64,000 nucleotides of DNA, from assembly GCF_009914755.1 (NCBI RefSeq), contig NC_060926.1; one strand, given 5' to 3'. Of the stretch, positions 1-13,573 are shown one piece after another; position 1 is the stretch's first letter, and every line of letters starts with the position of its first letter. The stretch comes from the human T2T-CHM13v2.0 reference genome, Homo sapiens. The notes under the pieces were generated by a model. That model was not told where the DNA came from, did no database searches, and was given only the letters and a program-made list of their open reading frames with translations. The position numbers and the translations under genes were made by a program.

Positions 1-158
1 TTGATTATTACTTACTGTATGCCTCTATCAGTATATCTTATGTAGCACTTAAATATCTCCCTTAAATACATCTAGTATATACCCACAAAAATTAAAACTT
101 AAATTTAAAAATTTAAAAATAAGAAAATAAAAATTAAAAAGAAAAGGAAAGAAAAAAA
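1..158 (+). mobile_element. L1MA-type LINE-1 3' end with A-rich tail
   Basis: 'tgtatgcctctatcagtatatcttatgta...tatacccacaaaaattaaaa' resembles the L1MA 3' terminus and is followed by an A-rich tail. Confidence 0.7.
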
Positions 159-847
159 GCACATCTCTCTCCTTGCCTTCTGCAAATTCTGTGGCCTTCT
201 AGAGGCCCTTCCCTCAGAAAGCAGCCCTCACCACCCACCCCTTCCTTTGTTTTCAGGATAGTTGCCTATGCCTTGAGCAGCAGATTTCAATGAGATGTTC
301 CGTGAAATTAAGAAAGGTAACTGCAGCATTGAGCAAGAGAAACAGTTCACAGACTATCCTTAAGAAAAATGGTAGGAAGTACCCTGAGGTGAGAGGAAGG
401 GAAAGAGAGAGAAATAAAGAAAATATAGATTGAGATGGAAAAGCCAAATTGGTATTTACAGTGAAACACAGGAATATCCAAGTGGCAATGATGGCAGCAC
501 ATGGGAACCTGGGGCAAAGGATATGAAGAGAGGAGGAGAGCCATGAATTAATGAACTTCTATAACATAACTATGCTACCTAGAACACAACCTTGCCTTAG
601 AAGTCCGATAAGAGATGTATGAAGTTTTTAATGTTCACCATGAGTAGATGCAATTTCATAAGGGAAAAATGCTCAATATAAAAACAGACAAGGTTTATGA
701 ACAGGTAAGTCATCTTCTAAGGGGAGAAAACAGTCAATAACACAGGAAACTATATTTGGAAGCTATGAGTAATGAAATGAAATTAAAGTGATACATCACT
801 TTTTACATACAGCATCATTTTGAATAAAGAGAACATATTACCATATT

Positions 848-1157
848 CTTTATTTCCATGGGTTTTTGGGGAACAGGTGGTATTTGGTTACATCAATAAA
901 TTCTTTTGTGGTCATTTGTGACATTTTGGTGTACCCTTCACCCAAGCAGTATTCACTGAACCCAATTTGTAATCTTTTATCCCTCACCCCCTTTCCACCT
1001 TCTCCCCCCGAGTCCTGAAAGTCCATTGTATCCTTCTTATGCCTTTGCATCCTCATAGTTTAGCTCCCACTTATGAGTGAGAACATAACGATGTTTGGTT
1101 TTCCATTCCTGAATTACTTCACTTAGTATAATAGTCTCCAATGCTATCCAGCTTGCT
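848..1157 (-). mobile_element. L1PB (L1PB1-like) 3' fragment
   Basis: 'tttttggggaacaggtggtatttggttacat...tagctcccacttatgagtgagaacat...ttccattcctgaattacttcacttag' is the antisense L1PB 3'UTR. Confidence 0.85.
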
Positions 1158-1602
1158 TTAAAAAAAAAAATAAACCAAATCTACTCTCAGTTAAAGACAA
1201 CTCCTTTACATTAAAACAATTGAATGGATTTCTACCAATGCTTCTGAAAGTAATTCTAGATGATGTTATCTATTTTTTGGAGGAGTGTACTTTTCAATTA
1301 GTTTAGTGATTTTGTCATGCTGTCCCTAGATTTCGGCTTCCTAGCTTTGTCCTTGGAGCAGTGTCTCATTTTCCTTGTAATTCAGTTTGCTCTGTCTTTG
1401 GTCATATGTGAAATGGAAATGTTGAGTCACATTTTCAGTCTTCTGAGTCTAAGTCTTCCCCTACCACCTCCTTTCTAACTCTTCCCCAAGCAGGAGAATA
1501 TCTAATCTGATATACCATAACTCAAAAACTCACTGTATGTTCAAAGTAGCTGTGCTTTAAAAGCCCATCTTTTTTATTCTTTTTCTTTTTAAATAAATGT
1601 GC

Positions 1603-1861
1603 TAATAATGATAGATAACTCTTGTATAGTGCTTACCCTGTCACAGGCACTGTTCTAAATGGTACATATTTAATTACTCCATTAATCAACCTAAAACTTT
1701 ATGAGAAAATATAATTTTCACCCCATTTTAGAGACTAGAAATATGACATATGAGTTAGAGGCTAACTAACTTTTCCAAGGTCATTCAATTTCTGTGTGTC
1801 AGAGTCAGGGCTGAGCCAGACATTCTAGCTCAGAATCCTGTGTTCTTGAGCACTGGGCCAC
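1603..1861 (-). mobile_element. MIR SINE
   Basis: Antisense MIR tail and core: 'gtgcttaccctgtcacaggcactgttcta...ccccattttagag...tttccaaggtca'. Confidence 0.75.
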
Positions 1862-3894
1862 GTACATCTCTTAGGTAACCATGGGTCAGAATAAAGAGGA
1901 CCTTGCAAATAATTTACATATTTAGACCATTTTTATTTGGCTTTATTTGAAGCCTCATCCTGGAATTAGGTCGAAGGTTGTTACTACCATTAATATAAGG
2001 TGGTAAATAGAATTGAAAGTGTAATAATGTCAGCCTAGTGAATAGTTTGGCCTTTAAGTTAACTAAATCAATGCTTGCTCCCATCAGTTTCAGAGACAAC
2101 CGTTCCAGTGGCTATAGGAGGATTAAAAGAGAACAAAGGAGGATATTGGGGCATCAGCCTCACAGAAGTGGGTCAGGAAAGTCATACCTTTGCTTGATCT
2201 TATGCTAGATGCTCCTCTGAGTTAAGAGAAAACAAAAACAGAGCAATACTTGTGAAGAAAAACGTGCTTCTCTTGTCTCATCTTAGCACTGAATATGCTA
2301 ATGGCCCTTCCGGACACCTACCTCAACAGAAACAATGCTAACCTGAATGAATAGATCCCAGGACATTCTTTTCGTAAACCCAGTCCAGCCTACATTCTTT
2401 ATTTCATGTTTTGCCAAACACCATTACATTAGAGGTCATTAGAAACTTGTCAATATATTTAAAAATTCTATTCTGATTCTCTTTGTTCTTTTGTATGTGT
2501 GTGTGTGTACTTAATAATCCTCTGAACTTGATGAGAGGGAATGTGGTGACTGAATAGAGTAGCATGTAAGTATTCTAAAGACTCTGACTGTAATTCCATC
2601 AAAATGCTACACTTATTCTTATCAAGGAATACAATCTAATTATTATCCAACCTATTATGAAATCCATTTCTGAACAGGTACCAACTAGAGGGATGTTCCT
2701 AGGATACATTTCATAGCTAAGTCCCTGCCTTTCCCTGTTTCTTGACTCTCAGACTTAATGAATTAGAATACAGTAGCAAGCAAGTTGTAACTGGAGACAG
2801 AGGAGACAAGAAGGAAAGTCCAGCACTTGGCAAAGGCAGGGTACATTCAGATGAGAGCCTGGAAGGGGAGAGAAGCACAGAGCTGAAGAAGGATTATTAA
2901 TAAGGTTTAGGGCAGAGGCAAAGAATCATCTCCATCATTTTCTTGAGGGCTGGTCCAGAAAAGGTCCTATAATACTTAGCCACCCTAAGCAAATCCAATA
3001 TTTTAAAATAGGTGACACATCTTAACTGGCTTATGACATCATGTCTCAGACACAGAATTGCATCTGGCCAGGCTGCAGCCCAAGCCATCTGAATGATGAT
3101 GTATTTATAGTTTTGCATATTTTTCAAACAAGACATTTAATTAGTGCTTGCTTATTATTATGGAAGAGATAGCTTGGCAGCTTATTATCCCTCCCTTTGC
3201 TGCCTCCAAGCAGTCACAGAGGCTTCTGGACATCTTTTCTCCATGAATTCATACAAGACATGTGTTTGTTACTGAGCCATGGCAGCCATGCTGGATAAAT
3301 CTAGGGGAAGGAAATATTCCAGTCCCAAAAAGTCCAAGTTACAGATGGTCCTGTCATGAGGCTGTGGCCAACACATCTTTCAGGTCTAAGGTGGATGGGA
3401 AGAATATTGAAGTCAAGGCCCAAAAGAGGTAATTTCCTTCCCTAGCATTTAACTTCCCACTAGTACAGGGGTTTAGAACAAAAGAATCATAGTGATAGCT
3501 ACTGTATATTTAGGACCTATCATGTGCTGGGCAGTGTGCTAGATGCTTAACATATCTATTCATATGGCACATGGTGAGGCTGGTACCACACTTTTTTGAA
3601 CACTTTGTCCCTTAAAAAGAGACCAAATTGAGCTTATTGCAGGGAAATCTGAATTTGCCATCTGATGCTCCTCATGGGAAGATAATTAAAATGAAGAACT
3701 TTAGGAAAAGTACATTAAAATGAATATCAGGAAAGAGACTAAGGCCCTCTCTTTAAGATTGTTTTGTAGGAGTTGTAGGTCCATACAATGTCTCTGTAGA
3801 GTTTCCTTCAAAGACAATAGATGTTTCCATTGTCATCATTCTTGGGAAGGTCAATTCAGGGGTAGGAAACAGAGACAGGGAGAGCAGGATTAGA

Positions 3895-4325
3895 CAATGA
3901 AGGTGCTCTACCCAGATGTCCCCTTAGATACTTATGACCGTTTTTGCGACACCTCTGACTACTTGTTCTTGCTTTACACTACTTCTATTTGTGACTTCTT
4001 TGTATGAATACTCCTGGCTATTAGAACTGGAATTGCCTTTGAAGTTACATGCCTTTAGAGCGGCCATTACCTATTGACTAGTTGATATAGAGTATATAAC
4101 CCAGATCCTTTCCTCAAGTTAATAAAGATTATGAGGTGTAACTTACACTTCAGAGTGGACAAGGCTCATGCTGGGATTTTGCCTATAATTGCATTCTTGC
4201 CTAACTTCATCCCTTCCTTTCTTTTCATTGTCTTACAAATCCCTCTTAGAAGCAATTCTTTAATACATCTCTGGCACATGAATTCTCATATCAGGATCTT
4301 ATTTTAGGGAACATAGACTAAAACA
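3895..4325 (+). mobile_element. ERVL solo LTR (LTR16-like)
   Basis: Ends 'ttaatacatctctggcacatgaattctcatatcaggatcttattttagggaacatagactaaaaca', typical of LTR16 3' ends; 'aggtgtaacttacact' is internal. Confidence 0.6.
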
Positions 4326-4649
4326 ATTGATGTGAGGGATAAATCTCCCACAGTTTCTTTGGACCTATGAACTTAATTTTGCCCATATTCTGGGATTTAG
4401 AATTGCATGTAGTGCTTCCAGAATATGTGTGGAGGTAACAACTGAAAGGAAATTGAGGTCAGAAAAGGTAAGAGCTGCCTGTGGAGAGCACTGAAGAAAA
4501 GGAAGAGAAGTGACCTGAGAAAACCTACATAAATCAATATTGGCCTATACAGGAGTTTTAAGTTACTCTATTGCATTTACTTTCCACTTTACCAGCTCTC
4601 ACAATTAAATCTGGTTAAAATTTATGCTAAGTATGCTTAAAAACTCTTA

Positions 4650-5180
4650 GTGGTATCAGTTCTTTCGGCCAAAGGCCACCAGAAATACAGCTGCATTTAA
4701 ACAAGTTGAATTTACTAAGCATTGCAGTGAGGGAGAACACATACCATGGGAAATCTCAGTGATTGGGCATTAGAAAGAACCTACTACAGAATTTGGGATT
4801 TAGTTGGATGGTTTGGGGTGGGTCTAAGAAAGCAAGTTTTGTGCTAGATTGGATGCTGTCAGAAAGCAGGGGCAACGCTATGATTAAACATCTCAATATA
4901 CCTTACCTACCACAAAGAAAAAACCAATTGGTGAAGAAATAGCAGCCACATAGTTGGCTAAGGAGGGCATGTTTGGTATTTTGTGGGTGGCAGAGTGACC
5001 TTGCTTTTACCTGTGCTTAGACAAAATTATGAAGTGTTCTTGTTTTGTATCATTTTATTACGGTCTCTGAGTAACCTTGTCTTAGGTTGGTATTCTGTGA
5101 AGTTGTTTATGCTAAATAGGATAATCATTCGGCTATGCTGTGAGTGCCAGGCCAGCTTTCAAATATCAGAGTTTCTCTTT
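4650..5180 (-). mobile_element. ERVL-class solo LTR (MER76-like)
   Basis: 'ttgcagtgagggagaacacataccatggg...attggatgctgtcagaaagc...gctgtgagtgccaggccagct' matches a recalled ERVL LTR consensus; the subfamily is tentative. Confidence 0.55.
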
Positions 5181-5551
5181 TTTAATTATCTGGAATTTCT
5201 TACTACTTTTAGAATGAAGATGAAGTTCCTAAATACGTTAAAACACCTCTATAATCAGTTTCCTGCCAACTCTTCTGGTGAGATCTAGAATGATATTCAC
5301 ACTCACTCTACTCTAGCCACGTGGCAACCTTTTCTTGGTCTCTTGTGTGTGCTTCATGGATGCTTTATGCTTCCTAAAGCATAAAGATTCCTTTAACTTG
5401 GGATCATACTGTTCCTAACATTTTACATGATGTTCTATTTAACTTTTTCTTCTACTCTTGACACTATCTCATATGAATGCTGTTATGCCATTAAATAGTC
5501 TTTGCAGCTATGAGTTTAATGACTGCACAGTATTTCATCTTGGACCTTTCT

Positions 5552-6063
5552 ATGTTAGTTACCTACTTGTGCATAACAAATTACTCCAGGACTTAAAAAC
5601 AACAAGCATTTATCATGTCACACAGTTTCTGAGCGTCAGTAATTAGGAGGCATCAGCCAGGTGGTTCTAACTCAGGGTCTCTCAGGAAGTTGTAGTCAAG
5701 CTGTCCACTGGGCTCCAGGCTCTGAACACTCAGCTGAGGCTGGAGGATTTAATTCCAAGCTCACTTACCTGCCTGTTGACTGGAAACTTCAGTTTCTCAC
5801 CCATGTGCTTATCCACAGAGCTGCTTTCAAGATGGCTTCTTTCAGAGTGGGTGACTGGAAATGGCCAAGGGGACATAGGGTAAGGGGGTTATGCTGCCTT
5901 TTGTGATCTAGTCTTCAAGTTACATACCATCATTTCCACCATATGTGATCCATTAGAAACAAGGCACTAAGGTTGATCTACACTCAAAAGAGAGGACATT
6001 ACACAAAGATATGGATACCGGGGCACTGGGATCATTGAAGCCATCTTGAAGTCTGACTACCAT
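5552..6063 (-). mobile_element. MaLR LTR (MLT1G/H-like)
   Basis: Begins 'tgttagttacctacttgtgcataacaaattactcca' and ends 'gccatcttgaagtctgactacca', an antisense MLT1 pattern. Confidence 0.75.
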
Positions 6064-6129
6064 GTTTACCTTACTGTTTAAAGCTGTATAACTGTATATA
6101 ACGTTTTATATAGCTTTGTGTAACTGTAT

Positions 6130-7640
6130 ATAAGTTTTTCTCTTCTGATATTTAGGCCTATTTCCATTTTTGCTATTTAAAAAGAAGTCATTAATTTTTT
6201 AATTTAAAAATATATGTTAAGTGTCTTGAAGTGCTAAGTACTGAATACAAATTTGTTTTATGATGCAAAACAAACTGAAGTGAAACATTTTGCAGTTAAA
6301 AGCTTAAGACAGAAATCTTTCCTGTCACAATCTATAATTATTTCATTAAGGTAGAGTCCTAAAGTGAGATTATTGAAATAAAATATATAAATATTTAGGT
6401 ACTTAATATATATTGCTAATTGATTTTCATAAAATGTATATACATCAATATTCCCAGAAGCAGCAGCATCTCATTATAAAATTAATAGTTTTCAATATTC
6501 ATATTTAATACATGACCACTTCTAAGGTAATAAGTAAAAAAATTATGTATTCTTGTTTCTTTAATCTGCGTGTGCAATATTTGACTTGTAGAGAGAGGTT
6601 AAACACATTCTTTTTTTAATTAACAGATTTTCTCATTGCTTTTTTTAAAGCTCTTCATAAGGCTATTAACTTTAATATCAGCAATGTTTGCTTCAAATAT
6701 TAGTCTGTTTATAATAAATCTCTTAGTTTATAGTAGATCTTTAAGTATTTACAAGATGTTTAACATTTGGACATTTTATGTTTTTGTAATGTCAAATCTA
6801 TTGATCTTCCATTTTTTCTTATCAGTTCCCCCATTTTCAATTAAATAGTTATCCACATTTTCTTTTATATCATATACAGCAATAAGATTTTAATTAAAAA
6901 TGTTTTATACTTTGACATATCAGACATATATTTTGGTTAACTATATATATGCATATATATGTATTATATATATGCATGTATAATTATATATATTTAATTT
7001 AAAATGTTTTATACTTTGATACGTGACATATATTTTAGTTAACTATATATATGCAATGAGGATCCAATGCTTTTATTTCAATGTATTGAATATTCTTTCA
7101 CTTCTCATTAGCTTGGAAGGTTTCTGAAACCATACTAGGTTCTTATATAAGCTGTAGCTACTCATTAGTCCTCCCATTAACCCAAAGATGCTACGAACAT
7201 AACACATTCATTTAAAATGCTATTAATTAATCCAAAGGACTTTCCCCGTGCCTTTTTAAAAATCTTTTATCTTTGTAAGGCTTCTATGCAATCCCTGGTT
7301 AGGGTCTTTCTGGGTACTTTATGATTTGTTTGTTTTCTAATATATAGTTCTCTTTTGTGTTATAACTTCTAAGAGAAAGCTGTTGTTTCATCTTACTTGT
7401 AACAACATTACTGACAATATTTTGGTAAGTTTAGTGTTTTCAGTTGATTTTTATGGCATTTCTATGTATGTAATATTTGATAATAATGAATTTTTTTAAC
7501 CTCAACTATCTAATGATTACAATGTATTTTTATAGTCTATTATGTGGATCAGAATGTCTGGAACAAGCTTAAAAGAATTAAAATTAGTGGGGAATTTATT
7601 TTATTTGTGAACTTGATGTGACATGTCCAGCATTTCAATA
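6130..7640 (-). mobile_element. Ancient, heavily decayed L1 (L1ME-like)
   Basis: T-rich sequence with antisense L1 ORF2/3' motifs such as 'tcctaaagtgagattattg' and 'tattgctaattgattttc'. Confidence 0.5.
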
Positions 7641-8134
7641 CTCATGAAATTTTGAAAACCTAACGTCAAAGTAAGACAGAGTAAACCTTGAAGGAAAGCA
7701 GAAATATTTTACTCTTCTGCACATCTCCTGTGCTCATCACTGTTATACACGTCATTGTTTTCTAAAACGAGGACACCATTGATAACTCTGCATATAGGCT
7801 CTGCTTTTGCTCTGTTAAACTGTCCCGGTGATCATCATGTTTCAGTGCATCTAAGAGTTAGCCAAAACCATGTAAACTCAACCTCATGTGCAATATAAGA
7901 ACTACTCAGAGTTAATCATGACAATGGTGATTTGAGCCTTTTATACTGACTTTACAATATAACACAACTCTTTTTATATATAAATAAACATCTCAAAGTT
8001 TATACTCCTTCATGGCACTTCACAGAGTAACTCCTTTATATTAATATTCATTATTATTCAATAAGTTACTCTTCTACCAGACCCTCAATTCTATCAGAGC
8101 AGGATTCACACTTCTTTTCATCTATTGTCATACC

Positions 8135-8629
8135 TATATTAGTTTGCTACTGCTGCTGTAACAAATTGTGACACATAGTGCATAAAACAATATAGATTTA
8201 TTATCTTAAGTTCTGTCTGGCATCTGATGCAGTTGTCACTGGGATAAAATCAAGGTGTCAGCAGGGCTGTGCTCCTTTCTGGAGGCTCTCAGGGAGAATT
8301 GGTTTTCTTACCTTTTCCACCTACTAGAGGCCTTGAATGTTCCTTGACATTTGGCCCCACTCCTAAATCTTGGAAGCCAGTGATGTGGGTTAAGTTCTTC
8401 TCACTCTAACCTCTATTTTTCCCTTTGGCATCTACTTTTAAGGATGCTTAGGATTAGATCAAACCACTCAAACATTTCAGGATAATCTCCTCTATTTTAA
8501 GGTTAGTTGATTACTAACCTTAATTCCATCTGCAACCTTAATTCCTCTATGCAATTTAAGGTAATAGATTCACAAATTCCAGGGATCAGAATCTGGATAT
8601 TTTTAGGGACAATTATTCAACATATCACA
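8135..8629 (-). mobile_element. MaLR LTR (MLT1D-like), inserted into an L2 3' end
   Basis: 'tatattagtttgctactgctgctgtaacaaa...aaatcaaggtgtcagcagggctgtg...ccttaattccatctgcaaccttaattcc'. The flanks (~8080-8134 and 8630-8700, ending 'aataaatatttg...tgaatgaatgaa') join into a + strand L2 terminus. Confidence 0.8.
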
Positions 8630-9069
8630 ATACTCAATATGCTACCATAATTGGTACTAAATAAATATTTGTCATATAAATGAATACATGAATGAATGAA
8701 GACTACAGACTTAATTTACTCTTTAAATAACAGAGAAGCTTCTCAATATTTTTAATTCTTGAAAACTTTTAAAAACAATAGCTATGAAAGTTTCTTTTTT
8801 AATACATTTTAAGTATTCTATTATCAACTTTTTTTATGGAGTCTAATAATGAGCTAATAGATTGACTATTAAGCCATTGTGCATTCTTGTGTCGTCATGG
8901 GACTAATAAATCTGGTTGGCCATTTCTTAAAGATACTTGCACACTGATGAGACACATGCTATGTTAGATTTTAGTATTATAGTTTATTCACTTAAAATGA
9001 TACTAATAGCTTATATATAATAAATGTATAATTGTTTATTATCTGCTCCACACTGGGACAAATTGTAAA

Positions 9070-9315
9070 TATTATAAATGTTTACTAGCTATTCTCTTCC
9101 TATCCTCATGTTCAATGTATAAAATTTTATAATCAGTCCTCACAACAATTCTATGTAGCAGGCTTCATTATTATCTTTATTTTATAGATAACTAAAATTA
9201 GTTTTATAGACACTAAGTATTTTGGCTATTGTTATGGCAAAGTTGATGTTGGTAGACACAACACACCAACTCTGGTCCTTTTGAGATAATAATCTATGCT
9301 ACTAACCACAGTGTT
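9070..9315 (-). mobile_element. MIR SINE (degenerate)
   Basis: 'tcctcacaacaattctatgtagcagg...attatctttattttatagat' is the antisense MIR core. Confidence 0.6.
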
Positions 9316-9334
9316 CTATTAATTGGTACATTTT

Positions 9335-9560
9335 GTCTCGGTCTGTCACCCAGGCTGGAGCTCAGTGGCGTGATCTTGGCTCACTACAACGTCTGCCTCC
9401 TGTGTTCAAATGAGAGCAACCGGCTAATTTTTGTATTTTTAGTAGAGACAGGGATTCACCATGTTGGCCAGACTAGTCTCAAACTCCTGACCTCAAGTGA
9501 TCTGCCCACCTCAGCCTCCCAAAGTGTTGGGATTACAGGCATGAACCATCACGCCTGGCC
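9335..9560 (-). mobile_element. AluS with internal deletion and no poly(A)
   Basis: Alu antisense sequence with ~50 bp of the right arm missing; TSD-like taattggtacattt / taattggtgcattt. Confidence 0.9.
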
Positions 9561-11639
9561 TAATTGGTGCATTTCTTACCATGTTTTTTGTGTGGTTGTT
9601 CTGAAATAGTCTATATGGCATTTTTTCTTAGAAAACTTCAAAGAGTGTACCTTTAAAGCCTGGACTTAGAGGTCTTTATAGAACAAACTTCTGTTATAAC
9701 CTTTTTAGTGACTTTCTTTTTGCCTGGATTAACCTGGACCTTCCTCACGGCCCCTTATTTCTTATTTGATCATTAAATCCTTCAACAGGTTTGAACTCAA
9801 CAGCAGTTTTTTGCCAAGAAATCTATTGGGTACATTATTGTGTCTTCTCTCATGGAGTTAAGTCCTATTCCAGAAGCCATCAAATAAAATGAAAAGAATA
9901 ACTAAATACATAATCAAATTACAATTAGTGTTGTGCAGAAAATTAATACATTGCAAAAGAAAACAATAAAAGGGGCGACCTAATTTACAGAGGTCAGGAA
10001 GGTCTCTCCCACTCCCTGTACCTTGAGAAGATTACTTTTAACCAGAGATCAAAATAATGAAAAAGAATCAACCCAGTGAGGAGGAGCCAGTCATGCTTTC
10101 CATCCTCCTGAGACTGTACAGTGATGGTCTAACATCTTCTTTTGGTTATGAAAATTTAAAAAGAAAATTATAAGCATGTTCTCCGAGTATCTGTGATGAA
10201 AATCCCTTTCCCTTCTTTTGCAATGTTTTTCATAGCTTCCTGGTTGGTATTACTCACTATTTGTCATTCTAAAGAGTAAAAGTTTACCCCATATCACATT
10301 TTTATCAATAGGATGAGTACAGATTTTTTAGTCTTGCTCTTTGCCAGTTTAGGGCTAGGCCATTATAAACCCTCATTTATAATACGCATATGGCTCTATG
10401 AAAATATGACCAATTTAGGTAAAAGTTTTAACCTACCGGTTTAGATATTAGAATACTTTTTATGGAACAATTCAACATATGTCCACAATTCCAAACATAC
10501 AACGGATCACAATTCGGCCTTTAACATCAGGCTTTAAGAAGGTATTTCACAGGATTATGTTGGGCTTTTTGTAGAGAGAGTAGTAAAGAGTGATACTATT
10601 TAAATGTGATCTTATCAAAGTTTAATAAATCTCACCTTTTTCTCTTTGTCAGTTTTTCTTTTCTGTTATTGTTTGTTTTTAATTCTCACAGAGTGACTAA
10701 TAAAATCAGTCACAGTGAAGCACTTGGCACTTAGTTTTAGACGGCAGTTATTGATACAGCAAGCTGAATCAATCTAAGGTGTGTATTAGAAAGGTGAGCA
10801 TCATTATACACAGCTCCTGATGTGGATAGGATTGAGTTGGTTTTAAAATATCAATATTGGTACAGTGTCGGAGGTCTGCAAGTTAGTAAGAGAAGTGACA
10901 AAGCAGCATAATAAAAAGAACACACATAACTACCTAGGAAACTACAAATGACAGAATGTAAATACTATATGCTAAACATTTAAGTGTTTTGCAGGAAATC
11001 CTGCTGCTATAAGTGAATGAGCCATTGTGCTATTTTTGAATGCCAATCTCCAAGTTTTTGGAATGCAAGATAGTCAAAGGGATTAGCAAAATTGTGATAA
11101 ACTCTGAAAGTCCCACTGGATGTAAAATCATTTTAGAGGTAATTAGAAGCAAGGTGCAATTACCAAATTAAGTATTCATATACTACTCCCCAAATATTTG
11201 GAATATTTATAACCAAGTTGGAATCATCTAAAGAGAAATCTCATTATTTCACATGGAATGTTCACTTGTGGCTGTGACTAAATTGTTTTCAGAAGTAGAA
11301 GGCTCTAATTACAAAGTCATTCATAAATCCCTAAATGCCTACCATAAATATAGTGACATCCAGCTAAATAAATAAATGCCCAAATATTATAAAATAATTG
11401 ATTTTGCAAAGTAACACTGGCATAATACAACTTATACATGGAATTGACTATATCTCTGGAGAATCAGATTTCTCATCTGTAAGAAGAGAAACAATGCATA
11501 TTTTACAGAAATGTTATAAGCAACTAAAATTCAATGATGCCAGGAAAGTGTGAGCAGAAAGCCAGGCTCTCTGGAAGTGCTAAAAAAAAATTATTAACCC
11601 AAGAATAAGTTCAAAATTCTCAGTCAGCTATTTAAATTC

Positions 11640-11755
11640 TCTTATATATTTTAAGACTTCTGCTCTGCAAAAGAAACTATTAGAAAAATGAAAGTCAAGC
11701 CACAGACTGAGATAAAATACTTTCAAAACACATATTTGAATAGAGTATTATTGTG
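11640..11755 (+). mobile_element. Old L1 ORF2 fragment
   Basis: 'acttctgctctgcaaaagaaactattagaaaaatgaaagtcaagccacagactgagataaaatactttcaaaacacatat'. Confidence 0.65.
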
Positions 11756-11964
11756 GAATATAATTGAAAAACCCATTACAGAAATGATGAAGAAGTTTTA
11801 GCCAAAGATGGCATTAGTGCGGATAGATGTTAGATGACAGATACAAATTCTCAAAGCACAAGGGCTCAATATGGCTTTACTTCTTCCACAAAGCCCAGTA
11901 AAAGTGCACTGATGTTATTATCCCTTATTTGGTACAGACAGATGATTTTCAAAAACAAAGATAA

Positions 11965-12341
<377 letters not shown>

Positions 12342-13026
12342 TTAGCACCAAGTAAATGAATTTTCACACATAATGGAACACATACTGGACAGCTGAAAAG
12401 GAATATATTTTGTAGTCAGGATGTAAGCGTTCAGCTACATATTTGCCATTTCTACAAATACCCAAGGAGCAGTGTTGACTATGGAAGAGAAAACAATCCC
12501 TGTGATAATTCTCAAGCATGTTGCTTACTGAAGTCTGAAGTATAAAAACCAAGCTCTACTCATATAGGAAACAAAAAAACACTTTTCTCATCCTTGTTTA
12601 TATTATCACAAGTCACCTACAAACAAATGGCCTTTTATAAAGTCACAGAGCAGTTTACCAGCGGGGTCTGGCCAGAGAAAATACAAAGAAATCATATTTA
12701 AGGGTCCACTTTCTCTATCTTTTTCACACTTTTCTAAAGCCCTGAGATATAAGTTATTTGGAATTTCTAAAATCATGCTGTGTATGACACACATTGCTCC
12801 AAAAGGATGAGCATTTGCAGGTACTTTTGTGTTCTTAGATCCTAAAAACCCAAATAGCTTTTCCCCAGGCCTGCCCTATGTTTGCATTTTTACTTCTCGT
12901 GTTGTTATTTTGAGCAAAGGAGATATTTCCCATAGTTCTATGCTATTGCTATATAGGGCATTCTTAATACAAAAGAGAGTCATGATGATAAGAACATGGC
13001 CTCAAAGTCAAAATAAGTGTGCCCTA

Positions 13027-13573
13027 TCATTAGCAAACTAATGGCCTCCTAAAGAAGCTCACACCCTAATCCCTGGAAGTTGTAATGACTATATTCTATT
13101 ATGCAGTAAAAAAGACCTTGCTTATGTGATTAAATTTGAGGATCTTGAAGTGAAAATGTTATACTGTATTCTCTTGGTAAGCCCAGTTTTATCACATGAG
13201 TCCTTAAAAATGGAATAAAGAGGCATAAAGGTAGGAAAGAGAGATGGCTGCACGAGAAGAATTGGTGCTGGTTATGTAGGGACCAAGGACCTGAGAAAGG
13301 CCTCTGAGAATTAAAGGAGACCCAACAGAGAGCCAGTAAGGAGATGGAGATTTCAGTCCTACAAATGCATGGATCTAAATTCTACCAATACTCCAATGAA
13401 CAGCATACAGAACCTCCCCTAGATCCTCCAGAATGCAGCATTGCTAACAACTGAATCTTAGCCTTGTGTGATGTGTCAGACTTCTGACCCACAAAAATGT
13501 AACACAAAAAATGGTTTCACCAAACTACTAAGTTGGTGAAAAGTCACTACAATAGCAGAGGAAAACTAATAGA
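13027..13573 (+). mobile_element. MaLR LTR (MLT1E-like) inserted in a MIR
   Basis: 'taatggcctcctaaagaagctcacaccctaatccctgg...ttcagtcctacaa...gaaaactaataga'; the MIR resumes at 13574. Confidence 0.75.
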
